From Geosiphon pyriformis uo1 (taxonomy: Eukaryota > Fungi > Glomeromycota), in the NCBI GenBank assembly GCA_016748015.1, contig JAAOMT010000649.1, positions 64,440 to 128,439 of the forward strand: a stretch of 64,000 nucleotides of DNA, given 5' to 3'. The notes under the pieces are model-generated. The model worked only from the letters and a program-made list of their open reading frames with translations, was not told the DNA's origin and made no database searches. Of the stretch, positions 13,201-26,348 are shown one piece after another (the first letter of the stretch is position 1; the number at the start of each line of letters is the position of its first letter). The translations under genes and the position numbers were made by a program.

Positions 13201-16200
13201 CACATATAAAACAAAGAGTGTTGTCTTATTTTCTATTTTGTTTAAAATATCTAAATTGTTTTCTATAACAGGCTTTGCAAAAGTAGCAGGTATAGGTTTC
13301 ATATTCTTTTTCTGAGAATATACATGCTCTTATTAACAAAAGTTTTTTGTTGTAATTTTTGTATTTAAGTAGAATATAAGGTGATTGTTTCTATGATTTT
13401 AATATAAAATAATGAACAAAATTTTATTTTTTGATTTCCTTAAAAATTTCTTGTTTGGTCTTTTTAATCCAATTGGATGGTGATTTAAAAGCCATAAAGG
13501 TTTTGGTAATTGGTATTTTTTTCTTTTCTTTAAATTCAAACACTAGGACTTTTTTAGATTATTTGTTAAAAGTACTATATATAACAAGTATTCTGATGTA
13601 TTGTTTTTGGTATGAAATTTTTAATTCCTAAGTTTTTTAATCTAAATTTGCATTGGCCTTAAGAAACCAATTATTTTTAATAAGAGCTTGATATTGGAGT
13701 GTCTTTATAACTAAAACTTTAACTGAAATAGTGATTCTATTAATAGTAAATAAAAAGTTGTCAATTTCTCCTATTGGTGTTTTTTTTATGCCATCAGTTG
13801 TAACAATTACAGTTTAAGCTGGTCTGTCAATATTTTTCCCAAGCTGTTGTATCAATTGATAGATAATAATGCTTCTAGTAAATCCATTGTTTAGAATTAA
13901 ACGGATTTGTTTTTTTTCTACTTCAGCTTTAGTATATATAGTTGTGATTGCTTTTTGTTTATTAACTGCTGTATTACTAAACAAAAATGATGATTTATTG
14001 GCTTCAAATTCAAATAGAAATATATTTGAGAAGTTGGCATTTTAAACAATTTAAACTAGTAAAATAGTATTGTTAAAAGAGTTTGATCTTGGTACTGCAG
14101 TTTCATCTTTAGAAAATGTAGTTTGTTAAAAATTCAATTTTTCAAGTATTGTTAAATAACTGAGTTAAGTATGGTAGTGATTGAATCTTTGCTGATCAGA
14201 ATTTTGGAGAACTAACTGGTTGTTTGAATTAATTCTGTTGTTGTTACTTTAAAAGCTATTTTGAAGTATAAATTGGTTTTGTTGAACCAATTTTTAAGCA
14301 AGTATTTAATATTGTTAAGTGGGTAGTAATTAATATTGCTGAATTGGTAAAAGTTGCTGGTATTGTAGCTGCATTGGTTGTAAAGCAGATTGATAATAAC
14401 TGTTTTGATTTTGTGGTCTTGGTGAGTAGTAAATTGGTGGTAAAAGTTAATAACAGGATTGCTAAAGTTGAAAATAACATTGATTATTCTTTTATTGTTG
14501 GTCTTTTTGCATTTTTTGACAATTTTGTTTCTAATATTCTGAAATTCCACAATAATGACAGTTTTGAAATTGGTTGTTAGATAATAATATGTAATTTTTT
14601 TGATTGTATTATTGGGATAATTAATATTTTTGCTGTGGTTGTTAGTTGATAAAACAAGCTTCAATCTTCTTTGTGAATTGGTCAATTTTTTTTTAGCTGC
14701 TAAGCTGGTTTTTCCAATGGCAAAATTTACAAGCTTTATGTAATTTGCTTTTTTTATTGCTATTTTATAGTTTTTTGCATGTTAAATAGCTGTAGCTAAG
14801 TTTATTAAAACATAAAAACAAACTTTTTTGATTAGTTTATCTTTTAATTCTGCAATGAACTGATCCAAAATTTGAGCATTGAAATAGTAGTCATTGGTTT
14901 CTAATTGTCAAATTTGTCTAAAAAATTTGTTGAATTTTCTAAGGTAAATTATAATAGATTTAGATGGTTTTTACTTGATGTTTTGAAATCAGTTTTGGAG
15001 TGTAATAGATGTATTGTTGTCAGTAAATTGTTATAAAAAAGCATTTTTAAATGCTTGCCAGTTTTCAAAAAGTTTATCTAAATTTTCAAACTATTTACCT
15101 ACAGTTTCTTAAAGAATATAAGAAATTGCTTTGAGTATTTTTGCTGTATTTTATCTATTTATATTTCCTGTTTTTAAAACTTTGTCAAGCCATTCTTGAA
15201 GACTAGTATTATTATTTTTACTAGTAAATTTTGGAATTTTTACAATATAAGCAGTTGTTATTTTTTTTTTATTTTCAGTAGTTTTTTTTCCTGTAATTTC
15301 AAATGTGTTTTTACTATTATTAAAGTAATTGTTTTGGTTTTCTGCTAAAAAATCAAAAAAATTGGTGCCAGTGGATATTAATTCTGGTTGTTGAATAGGA
15401 TTTTTAAGTAAAGTGAAATTTTCTGGTTTTAAAAATCAGATTAGGGGTGAGTTGAAAGTTTGTAGTTAAGCAAATAAAATTAGAAATAGTGTAATAGAAA
15501 GTGGTAATTTAATACTGATTCCTTGTTTAAGTATTTGCAAATATTTGGCAATTGTTTTTGATGTATTTGTGAATTATATGGCTAACTTGATGTGTTTTTT
15601 TCTTTTGCTTTCTGCTGTTACTATTCTCTGGTTTTGATTCAAAGTCGAAAGAGTATTTGAACTGTACTGGGTATTTTTTTTCACAATACTGAATAATGTT
15701 AAAATTAAGTTCTTGGAAGTAATTATTAAGTATTTTACTGTTAAGGTCTTCAGTTTTTAAATAAAAATAGGGCAATAAATTTTCATAGAGTTTGTTTTTA
15801 ACTTCAAAAATATTGTAGTTTCCAAAAAAATAATTATTAATACAGTTTTTAATATATTGGTATAGTGTTTTCTTGAAAATTTCAATTCTGTCTTGAATGT
15901 TAAATCTTTGCTTGCATTAAGTGTAAATTAACTAATAATACTTTAAAGTTGTTATGTTAATTGTGGTCACTACTTTGAATTTAGTATTACTGTGTTATTT
16001 TCATAAAAGAGTACCAAATATTACTAAAGGTTTTTGGTCTTTTTTCTTGAATATTGTTAATATTTGTTTGATGTAAATTTACATTTTTTGGAAGTAATTG
16101 AACCTCCAATAACTGAATTTATCTTCAAATTATAGAAGATAATTTGAACTGCTGGGCTTATAAGTAAAATGACCAATTTTATGCCAGTTATTTTATGTAG

Positions 16201-16959
16201 TTACATTGTAGTAAACATCAACTTTTTCCCAAAAATTGCTTATCTAGAAGCTTACTAAAAATGTGTAATTACTTTGCTGTGAAAGTCAACTCTTTTACAG
16301 AAATTTTATTTGTAGATTACTCTAATAATTATACTAAGAAAATAAAAAAAAATGCAAAAAAATTAGAATTCTGTCAAAGGAAACATTTTTTATCCATATC
16401 TAGAGTTACTAACAGCTTATTGAAATTGGTAGCTAATCAATTTTAAAGTATTAGTTAGAGGATTTTTTTTTTGGAATTTCAAGTAAAAATAATTAGAAAA
16501 TTGGTTTTTTAAATATTTGATTTATTTATATAAAAAATGATTAATTCTATCCAAAATTATTGGTCTGTTGTAAAATACTTTTTTTTGAAAAAAAAAGCTC
16601 TTCTTTTATATAACTTGTTGTAGTACTAGTCTCTGAATTTACACTTTTCTCTTTGCTATAATTTTAGGAAATTAAAGATATATTTTGGTAAATTACAAAT
16701 TATTTTTACAACTATTGATTATTTTGGCCAATTTTTACCAAATTCGGCGAATTTTTGAATATTAAATGGTTTAAGATATTGTGTAATTTGATTATTTTAA
16801 TTTCTATATTATAAATTAAATTATTAATTATATGATAATATTCAATAATTTAATTAAATAATAAGTGATAATTAAAATGATAATAATATATACTAATTAA
16901 TATTAGAAATTAAAAAAATAATTTCATGTTAATTGATAGCTAAAATTCTATTAATAACA
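10280..16959 (-). mobile_element. Gypsy family 2, copy C: 5'LTR-PBS-gag-protease-Cys-rich region-dUTPase-RT-RNase H; 3' truncated, with no integrase or 3' LTR seen
   Basis: LTR at 16959-16182 (TGTTA...TGGCA), then TGGTCA at 16175. Gag ~15250-14750 (IPKFTSK..LQEWLDK..NWQAFKNAFL..ILDQFIAELKD). Protease ~13950-13620 (IRLILNNGFTRSII, decayed ILDSGSAGSII). dUTPase 12610-12220. RT with VYLDNTNVYS at ~11190-11163. RNase H-like region ~10800-10500. Many stops. Confidence 0.88.
12220..12610 (-). pseudogene. dUTPase domain within Gypsy pol (decayed)
   Basis: PEKVHEIDAEYNL (motif I, DAGYDL), IASQLSLA (motif II, RSS), ERIIDTEYTEDI (motif III, GxIDxxYxG), EKIA*AI (motif IV, KIAQ), KETQSFGST (motif V, RGxxGFGST). 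Confidence 0.85.
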
Positions 16960-18926
16960 ATGGTTTAATAGAAACTTTAGAAAACAAATGATAAAAAACA
17001 GCTAATAATATACAAAAGTTATAAACAAAACAAAAAAAACAACATAATAACCAGTTACCAAATAAGCCAATCAAATTTAAAATTAAAAACAAAGAATTTT
17101 TATATTGTACTCAAGCAAAAAAACAATAGAGTGAAAAATTTGATCCCAAATGAGATAGATTATTTTATATTAAAAAAATTTAAGAAATAAAGCTTATAAA
17201 TTAAGATAAAACAACAAAATATTAGCTAAAACAGTACATAAAAATTGATTAAAATTCTATTACAATATAGTATTATTATCTATCAGTAATATTTTACAAT
17301 TTGAAAAACAACAAATACTAATCCAACCAAATAAGATTTCATAAAATCTAAAATTAATTATAATTATTAATAAAAACACATCAATTAATCTATAAAAACA
17401 GTATATAAAAAACCAATATATATAACAAAAGCAAATAAAAAAATAGAAATTACTGATAATATTTACTTATTAGCCCAACAACTATTCCAACTGATTAAAC
17501 ATAAAAAACTTAACATAGAAATTACAATCAATTAATAAACCATTCAATATACAGAAAAAAAATGAAAACTCCAATACAAGATACAATATAGAAGATATGG
17601 AAGATATAAAAATATAGTAGAAAATAAAATAACAAAAGTAAAGATATTTATAAAAACTCCAAAGATAATAGTACTATACAAAAAGTTAACAGAAAAAAAT
17701 TGAAAATAGTAGACACAACAATTTTTAAAAAAATTTTGTTATTATTACTTGAGACAAATACTTAATATTCAGAACTTATATATAGATAAAATAAAAACAA
17801 ATATTTAACACAACAATATTATAACAACTTAAACAATTCATGAAAAAAAACAATCTATCTATACAGATATAAGCAATATACTATTTATAAACAAAGTTTC
17901 AAAACTGTCTAAAAATACTATTATACCCAACAATGAATACAGTAACTATCAACCAATTGGAAAATATTATTAATATCCAATTTAAAGAATTACATACCTA
18001 TATTGTCTAAGTAATTCTCAAAAAAAAAGTTATGAAGTTAATCTAAGAGAGAAATTTAAAAGATTTAAAAAATCTCAATAGAGTTTAATATTAAAAGAAA
18101 GAAATAATATTATTCATAAAAATTAAAAATTATAATAATAGATAAAATAAATAATCAGAAATAGATATAATAAAAAAAAATTCCAAGATTTCTTTTGAAA
18201 AATTGTAAAATTCTAGAATTTTCTTAAAGAATTACAAGATTTCCAAAAATTTCATATAATATAAATTATATATATATAATGAGAGTATTAAAAGCAGAAA
18301 AAATAATTCCAAGAAAATTCAATAGAATTCAAATTAATTTAGAACAAAATTTTTTTCTTTAAAAGATAGTTTTCTATAATTTGAAGTGGAATCATTTTCA
18401 TATTAATAAAATTATTTATTATTATCAAATTCATGTTATTATTACTTAATTAAAGAAATATTAATTTATTTTACTTTATCAATACTCTATGTTAATAAAA
18501 TTTAATACTTAACTATACTAGACCAATAGCTTTTAATTATAATTATTGATAAAATACTAATTTTTAATTTTTTTTAATTTTTTTAATTTTTTTTATTTTT
18601 ATTTTTTTGTTGTTTACTAATTAATTAAAGGAATTAAGCACTAAGTATTTAATGTTAAGAATAGTCTGATAAAAAACTTAAGAATAAAAGTAGAAATTTA
18701 AGAATAGTTTACTAAAAAGACATAATTGTCAAAATAAACTGGCCAATATGTTGAAGAAAAAAGTTTACAAAAAAAACTATCAATTAAATTTCTGTTTATT
18801 ATACAAAAAATTCAACCAAAATTTTTAGATTCTAAAATCTTTAGAAATTATCAACTTTATCAGCTATTAAATATCAAATTAAAGATTTGTTATTTGTTTT
18901 AATATCTCAAATAATCATTTGTAACA
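16960..18926 (+). mobile_element. Gypsy family 1, copy 2: integrase tail, 3' region and 3' LTR (~18108-18926)
   Basis: Collinear with ~310-3141 minus the 1353-2248 insertion. KFDPK*DRLFYI at ~17135; ends in TGTAACA at 18926. Confidence 0.8.
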
Positions 18927-19079
18927 ACATAAATTAAATTAATTAAAATTATATAAAAATTCAACATATATAACAAAAAAAAAACTAAAAAATAGAAATT
19001 ATTAACAATATTTATTCTATACCATAATAATTGTTTTAAATTATAAAATACTAAGAGTTAAACATAGAAATCATAATTG

Positions 19080-20140
19080 TATTCTAATTCAAGTTTGTCA
19101 AAACAAAATTTAATATTATTATTATAGATATATTTTTTTATAAACTTGTTAATTATTATAATATTAAAATTTTTATTTAAAAAACAAAAACAAACAATAA
19201 TTAATAATACTATTTATTATTATTAAAAGTTTTTTTACTCATTTTTTAATATTATTAAAACTGTTTATTATTAATTTTATAACTAATAAAAGTCATTAAA
19301 TTTCTGATAAGCTAATTTATTTCTAAAGTATTTTTTAAATTTAAGACTATATATATTGTCAAATTTATAATAGAATAATCAATTTAGTACTAATTATTTT
19401 ATATAGTTATTTTATAATAAAAATTAATTTTTTTACAAAAAATTTTGTCTGTAAGTTATTTTACTGTAAAAATCAATTTTTTTTACAAAAATTATGACTA
19501 TGGATTATCTAATAATATTAAAATAAAAAATAAAAAAAATTTAAACTAAAAAAAATAGAAAAATATATATAATAAAATTATTTAGATCTAAGCTTAAAAG
19601 TGTTAACAGTTATTGAAATTGAAAGTTAATCAATTTAAAGTTTGTTAGTTTAGGAATAAGTAATTTTAAAGTAATAATAGTTAAAAATTTTTAGTTTTTA
19701 AATAATTTTATTGAATTAATTTGTAGTTAATAATATTTAAAGATAAGCTTAATTTTGAATAAAATATATTTTTTTAAAGAAAAAAGTTTTTTTATACAAC
19801 TTGTTATAATACTATTCTATAATTTAGCATTTTTTTCCTAATATTTTGGTAAACTAATATATATTTTATCAAGTTACAAGTTATTTTTGTAAATTTATAA
19901 ACTATTTTAGTAAATTGTTAGATATTTTATCAAACTTCTAAGTATTTTAGCAAATTTTAAATATTATATAGTTTAGAATATATTTGTTTTCTCTATAAAT
20001 TGAATTATTAATTGAATAATAGTTTGATAATTTTATAAAATAATAAGTAATAATTTAAAATAATAATATATATAAATTAATAATAAAAATTATAAAAATA
20101 ATTTTATGCTAATTAATAACTCGAATTTTTGCTAGTAATA
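19080..20140 (-). mobile_element. Gypsy family 2, copy B: 5' LTR (20140-19388) and truncated leader
   Basis: Reverse complement aligns with 5878-6900 and it is collinear with 15880-16959. Termini have decayed to TATTA...TAGTA. Confidence 0.75.
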
Positions 20141-21654
20141 TCAGAAAAAAATATGTTAAACTTCTTAATATACACAAAAATAAAAAGCAATTCTCAAATA
20201 AATGAGTTTAAAAATTCAAAAAACAAAACTAATTACATATTTATTAATTTTATGATAAAGCAAAAAGTATATCAACTGAAAGTTTACCAAAAAAATATTC
20301 AAATTTGATCTTGTTAACATATATAATGCTAATAAAACAGGATTATTTTTTTATATAGAACCAAATCAAACACTTATAAAACATTAAAATATAGAAAAAA
20401 AATTAGTTTATTATATTTATCAATTATTATTATTATATATTATTGTTATATTAAATTAATTAGATTTTTTATAAAATAAATTTCGGATTATAACAAATTT
20501 AATTAGATCTCACAAATTGCAATCTTTAATAATTAAACATACAAAAAATCCAAAATGCTTTAAAAAAATTAATACTTTTAACCTATTTGTAATTTACAAA
20601 TTCAATTCTAAAGCATAGTTGTATTCAAATATATAAAAAACATAACTTAAATATATAAATAAAGACTTTTAAATTCAAAATTAGCATATATTACATTTAG
20701 TTAATAATACAACTTTTTATTATACTCAAATCAAAAAAAAATTATTTTAATTAATGAATATTATATTGCACTATTTTTTTTCAAATATTATATCATATCT
20801 TCAATTAATAAATACTGATATTCTCAAATTTTTTAAAGACAAATATAAATACTTATATTGTTAACATATTTTACATCAATTTAAACAAAAAATTAATATT
20901 GAACAGTTAAGTAATATAATATATACAGTATTATTATTATTATATATTATATAATTTTATCTAATATTAATTTATTTTTTAGAAATAAATTAAATATAAA
21001 ACAAGCAATTAATTATGTTGTTCAATCATAAGTTCAAGTATTACCTATTACAATTCAAAACTGTTGACAAAAAACGGATATTTTTTTCTATAATTAAAAA
21101 TTAGAAATTTAAGAATCCAAAACATCAATTACTATAGATATATTTAATAATTTATTATCAAATACACAACAATTGGTTAAAATCTCGAAGATTATACTGT
21201 AGCAGTTAATAAATTATTGACAACTAAAAATATTTTTGATGATAATAAAATTGCAGATATGGTTTTAGCTAATGTTTAAATTGAAACCAATACAATTAAT
21301 AACTCGAAAGAAGAATTAAAAAAATTTTCAACTGCTATAATTACAATTACAAAAACATATAAAGCATTAAAATAGATAATTAAATTTGAAAAACAATTAG
21401 CAGAAAAAGATTTTAGTACAAAAAACCAAAATTTACTTAGAAAAAAATTATATGAATATAAAAAAATAAAGAAAGATTTTAAAAAACAGATAATAATTAA
21501 TCAATATTTTAATAATAATAATAATAATAATTTATTAATTTAATAAATAAATATAGTTTATTTGATGATAATTATAAAACTCTATAATAAAACATCTCTA
21601 TAATAGAACATAATTTGCATGTTTCAATTGTGTTTTATTATAAAGATCTGATTG
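20141..21654 (+). mobile_element. Decayed pogo/Tigger-like (CENPB HTH + DDE_1) DNA transposon, 5' truncated
   Basis: FSNK*V*KFKK..FYDKAKS (decayed FSNGW..KFKKR..FHGEA.S), NIYNANKTGLFFYIEPNQTL (decayed YNADETGLF), SHKLQSLII..KNPKCFK, NSKA*L and C-terminal KQIIINQYF. Ends ...TTG|TA, consistent with a decayed CTG|TA terminus. Confidence 0.75.
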
Positions 21655-24600
21655 TATTTTATAAATTAATATAATATATTTCTAATTACATATGTAATAA
21701 TATAAAAAATTAAATATTAATTTTAGTATTTGTTGCACAATCCTTTTTAGATAATTAATTGAATAGTGAAAAACTCTTAGTAATTAAGATTTTTGGCATA
21801 AAAATAGATAAATAAGAAATAAAATTATAGATACTAGTAATATATTTAAAAACAAAATTTTTTTAAACTAAATTGAAAAATTATTAAAATTATATTTTAA
21901 TTAACATAAATTATTATATTAAGCTGCTCTCAAATTTCATGTTACTATTATTTAATTATTTAAATTAAATTAAAGTTTAAAATATTATAAAAAAATTAGA
22001 AAAAGCAAAAACTTATTGTAAATTAAAAATATTTATTTATTTCACAAAATATTTTAATAAATTTTTAAATTTATATTAAAAATATGAATTTTAAAATTTT
22101 TTCTTTTTTATTTTATTTTATGATTATTTTTTATACATATTTATGTCATAAAATCTATTTAAAATAATATGAATAATTGTATTTAGATTTTTAAATCAAA
22201 TTCTTAATTAGTTGTTTATTTCTTAAATAATTTTTATGAAATTTTAAAAATTTTTTTTATGTAATTTTTTTTTAACTACTAAACTAATTAAATTATTTAT
22301 ATTACTTTTTAATTAAAAATTTTTCATTGGTTATAGTAACAAATTATTGTTTATTATTGTAGATTTAAATTATTTTTCATATTTTTTGAACTGAATTTTT
22401 TAATAAAATACTATTTTATAATATTAAAATTTTTTTTTTATATTAAGCTTTTTTTTAATGCTAAAATTATTAAAAATATGTCAAAAAATTAATTAATTAA
22501 TTTCTTAATAAACAAGTATTGATGTCTTTTTTAATTACTTTTTAACTATTTTTTGCATTTCAACTTCTATAATAAAAACCAAAATATTAGTATTAATCTA
22601 TAATTTTATTTACAGATAAAATAAAATGTTAAAATAGATATTTAAGCAGTACTACAAATTAAGTACAAAACATGTTTAAAAAATAATTAACAAAAAGATT
22701 GAAATTTGTTTATTAAGAAAATTGATTGGCTTTTATTAGTATATTATCAATAGTTTTAGCATTAATAAAAAAGATCTAGTATAAAAAAAACTATATTATT
22801 TATTTTATTTAATAATTTAGCATTTATATAATAAATAAACATGATTTAAAATAAAATTTTGATAATATAAAATATTAGATTTAGTTAAAAACTATTTATT
22901 AAGCATTAAAGACATAAAAATATTTATAATTGTTTTGCTTTATTATTAGTTTTTAATTTGATTGGAATTTTATTAATGTTATTTTAATTTTGGTTCTTGT
23001 TACTTCTTATTAAAATTATTTAAAAAAAGCTAAGAAATAATTTATTTTATATTAAATACAATATCAACTGTTAAATAATTTCTTTTTTTTTAATATTTAA
23101 TTATTATTAAATATCTTTAAAAAATAAATTATTCTTTGTTTTTTATAAATATTTTTTTATTAGACACAATTATAAAATTCGAAATAATTGTAAAAACTTT
23201 TGAAAAAATGTTGGCAAAAAGGTTACAAAATATATAGCTAAAAACTAAAATTTTAATTTATTATTATTATTTTTAATAATATGTATTTGATTTTTGCCAA
23301 TTATAATAATTATTTTTAATTTTATTAATTTAATATATCGGTTTTTATATTTAATGACTTAAAATTAAGTTCTATAAGATTAAAATTTTTGGCTATTTTT
23401 GTTACATAATACTTATAGTTAAATTTTTATAAATTATATAGCAAATAATAATACTACACTATTTTTATATCAAAATTAAATTTTAATTTTTACAAGCTTT
23501 AAAATATTATAAATAATATAAATAATTTCCAATACCAATTTAATATTCTCAAAGAAAAATTATTTATTAATAAAACTTAAAACAACCAAAAGAATTACAA
23601 ATGTTGTAAAATAAAAATTATTTAACAATAAATAATATTTTTAAGATATTTTTTAAGACATATAATTCATTAATTATCGTATTACATAAAATTAAAAACT
23701 TAAGATATTTTATATAAATATATAATTAAACTATTTAGTTTTATTTATTTTACTTTATCTTGAATTTTGTTAATGTTGTATTTTTATTATTTTAAATCTG
23801 AAAAACTTTGTTTTTGGTGTAAAAATTGCATATCTTATTAAATTAAACATATAATTTAGGTGTTATATGGCACAGTTATTATTGTTATTACATAATACAA
23901 TATATTAAAATTATTTATGTTTGACAAATCTATAAATTTATTAATTATAATCAGTATTTAGTATATTTTTAAATTTTAAAAAATATGTTAAAAAGTCAAA
24001 TCACGTCAAAATGTTAATAATAAAAACACTTGTTAATAGTTAAAACTATTATTAATAGGAAAAAAATAAAAAATTATTAAATTAAAAAATAACTATACAA
24101 AAATACATTGGAAATCTTACATTATAAGTAAGAAAATTTAATTTTATACATATTCTTTATACAAATACATACGAGACTATTATATTTTACAAATATATTT
24201 TAATATATATTATAGTTTTCTGTATATATTTTATTTATTACATATGTAATCTATAATTTTTTAATACATTCTAAGCAAATACAAAATAAAAATTTTATAT
24301 TTCTTATACATCTTTAATATACATTCTACTGAAATATATATTTATATTTACTAGTGAATAAGATAAATTTCTCCTATGCAAAATTCAATATCAAATATAG
24401 ATAAATTAGTAAAATTAAAGATAAAATATGAATTAAAGTTTACTAGTCACAAATTTATTAAAATTTAATGTTGGAAAATAAGTAAAACTAAAGATAAAAA
24501 TTTAAAAAACTATACAATTCCACATTTATTTCATCCAAGTTTTTAATCAAATAAAAACCAAAGTATTAATCAATTAGAGGAAAGAATTTCATGTGAAAAT

Positions 24601-24746
24601 CTTATATTAACATTTTGATAGAGTTTTTTAGTATTTACATAGTTTTATGTTTTAACAAGATTTCTCGATATTGTTAGAGATTTTCCGTTATGCAAAATAG
24701 TAAAACCCTTTTACCAATGACGAAACCCTTTTTCCGACAGCTCTAT

Positions 24747-25090
24747 TATGCACAGGTAAATCTATTACTCACGTTCGTGCTTTTTTAAAAGAACCAAAAT
24801 CATTAACTGATTTTATTTCTTAGAATCTGGCGCAACTTGGAAGTACATACCAAGCGAATAAGAAAAAACGAACTGCGGATCAAGCATTTGGAAACGATTA
24901 TTTCGACTACCTTTATGGTATTGTATCAACAGGTACGAAGTGGTATTTTATCATGTAAACGCCAGATGGTATAACTCTACAAGTGGTAGCGAGTACCAAA
25001 TTAATCTGACGAAATCCGCAGTCAAAAAAAATCCTGAATTGCCTCTAAGTAACGTGAAAAGGGTAATTGTTGGGTTATCAAAAAGTAACA
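24747..25090 (+). pseudogene. Fragment of a Glomeromycotina Crinkler/REase-like multicopy gene (C-terminal part)
   Basis: YAQ, then GT-AG intron 24756-24823, then NLAQLGSTYQANKKKRTADQAFGNDYFDYLYGIVSTGTKWYFIM*TPDGI. It has an in-frame stop, a later frameshift and no 5' part. Family recognised from memory. Confidence 0.6.
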
Positions 25091-25202
25091 GGTATCGAAA
25101 CAGATAGGTGGGAGCATTGTATTGATAAAAAAATTTCTTGACAAAAGTGAACGGGCGTTACAAATTGTGATTTCTTTTTTGAATATTTAGTGTTATTCAA
25201 TC

Positions 25203-25330
25203 ATGAAATCGGGGCTTGAATTATTTGAAGCCGAGAATGCCGAAATTCCTGAACTTAACAAGAAGAAGTTGATAAAGTTAAGGGGTTGAGGTTGAGATGC
25301 TGAGCTCAAGGCTGATATATACGTTTTAGC
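25203..25330 (+). pseudogene. Remnant N-terminus of an AM-fungal multicopy coiled-coil family
   Basis: MKSGLELFEAENAEIPELNKKK..., then disrupted; DAELKA follows after stops. Confidence 0.35.
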
Positions 25331-25511
25331 AACAAGTTTTCCGGGATCATCAGATGTGGCTGTGAATTCATTCAAAAAGAAATTATAATATGAACGCCGG
25401 CTGAAATTTTTTTTGGAGGACTGCAGCCACATTTTTTTCCTTATAAAAAGAGGTCATGTTTTACTCTGATAAATTTCAAATTATCGTTAACTTCAAAGGA
25501 AAAAAGAAACC

Positions 25512-26348
25512 ATGAAACGAAATTTTTATTTTGTAGTTGTTTTATTAGTTACGATTTCAATAATCAATGCTATTCCACTAGATTCTTCTACCTCAGCATC
25601 TCCTTCTACCTCAGAAACTCCTTCTACCTCAGAAACTCCTTCTGGCTCAGAATCTCCTTCTGGCTCAGAATCTCCTTCTACCTCAGAAACTCCTTCTAGC
25701 TCAGAAACTCCTTCTGGCTCAGAATCTCCTTCTGGCTCAGAATCTCCTTCTGGCTCAGAATCTCCTTCTGGCTCAGAATCTCCTTGCTCAGAATCTCCTT
25801 CTAGCTCAGAAACTCCTTCTAGCTCAGAAACTCCTTCTGGCTCAGAATCTCCTTCTACCTCAGAAACTCCTTCTAGCTCAGAAACTCCTTCTGGCTCAGA
25901 AACTCCTTCTACATCAGCATCTCCTTCTACCTCAAAATCTCCTTCTACCTCAAAATCTCCTTCTACCTCACAATCTTTTACTCCTTTATTTGTACCATGC
26001 AATGCTGTTCCTCAGCCCGATTTTATCGCTGTAACAATCGAACCTGCAGCTTTCGCTGCTGGAGAAAAAATAAAAATTATTGCTACTGGAATAGCAGCTA
26101 AAACTATCGACTCAGCCACGATTTCAGCTGGATTTTCTAATGCTCGAAATGAAGACATAAGTACTGTTACTAAAAGTTTTTGCAGTCATTTGAGAGGAGG
26201 ACAAAGTTGTCCGGTTGGATCAGGAATAAAATTCACAATATCAACCCATATAAAGGCACCACACTCTATCATTGGTACCGCTTTTAGTTTTAGTATTGTA
26301 GAAGCATCCACCAATGCTCCATTATTCTGTGCAGTGGCTCGTTTGTAA
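25512..26348 (+). CDS. Secreted ML-domain-like (MD-2/NPC2-related lipid recognition) protein with a Ser/Thr/Pro/Glu repeat stalk
   Basis: Intronless 278-aa ORF with a signal peptide (MKRNFYFVVVLLVTISIINA). The C-terminal ~120 aa has a fungal ML-type Cys pattern: FVPC...VTIEP...AGE...FC..LRGGQSCPVGSG..F...APLFCA. TATAAAA lies at ~25442. Confidence 0.82.
   Translation: MKRNFYFVVVLLVTISIINAIPLDSSTSASPSTSETPSTSETPSGSESPSGSESPSTSETPSSSETPSGSESPSGSESPSGSESPSGSESPCSESPSSSETPSSSETPSGSESPSTSETPSSSETPSGSETPSTSASPSTSKSPSTSKSPSTSQSFTPLFVPCNAVPQPDFIAVTIEPAAFAAGEKIKIIATGIAAKTIDSATISAGFSNARNEDISTVTKSFCSHLRGGQSCPVGSGIKFTISTHIKAPHSIIGTAFSFSIVEASTNAPLFCAVARL
25587..25979 (+). repeat. Coding minisatellite, 22 units of 18 bp (one 15-bp variant)
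   Basis: Unit tct-(acc/ggc/agc)-tca-gaa-(act/tct)-cct encoding S[TGS]S[EAK][TS]P. Confidence 0.95.

Noticed and set aside
5878-20140. One giant element bounded by ~1-kb terminal inverted repeats
   Set aside because: The inverted pair are LTR-plus-leader fragments of Gypsy family 2 with a third copy between them. No TSD or matching transposase was found.
25587-25979. CRISPR-like array
   Set aside because: The 18-bp units are contiguous with no unique spacers, lie inside a eukaryotic ORF, and there are no cas genes.
25526-26002. 158-aa antisense ORF of EGDSEP repeats
   Set aside because: It is a shadow of the 18-bp coding repeat; the plus strand has the signal peptide and domain.
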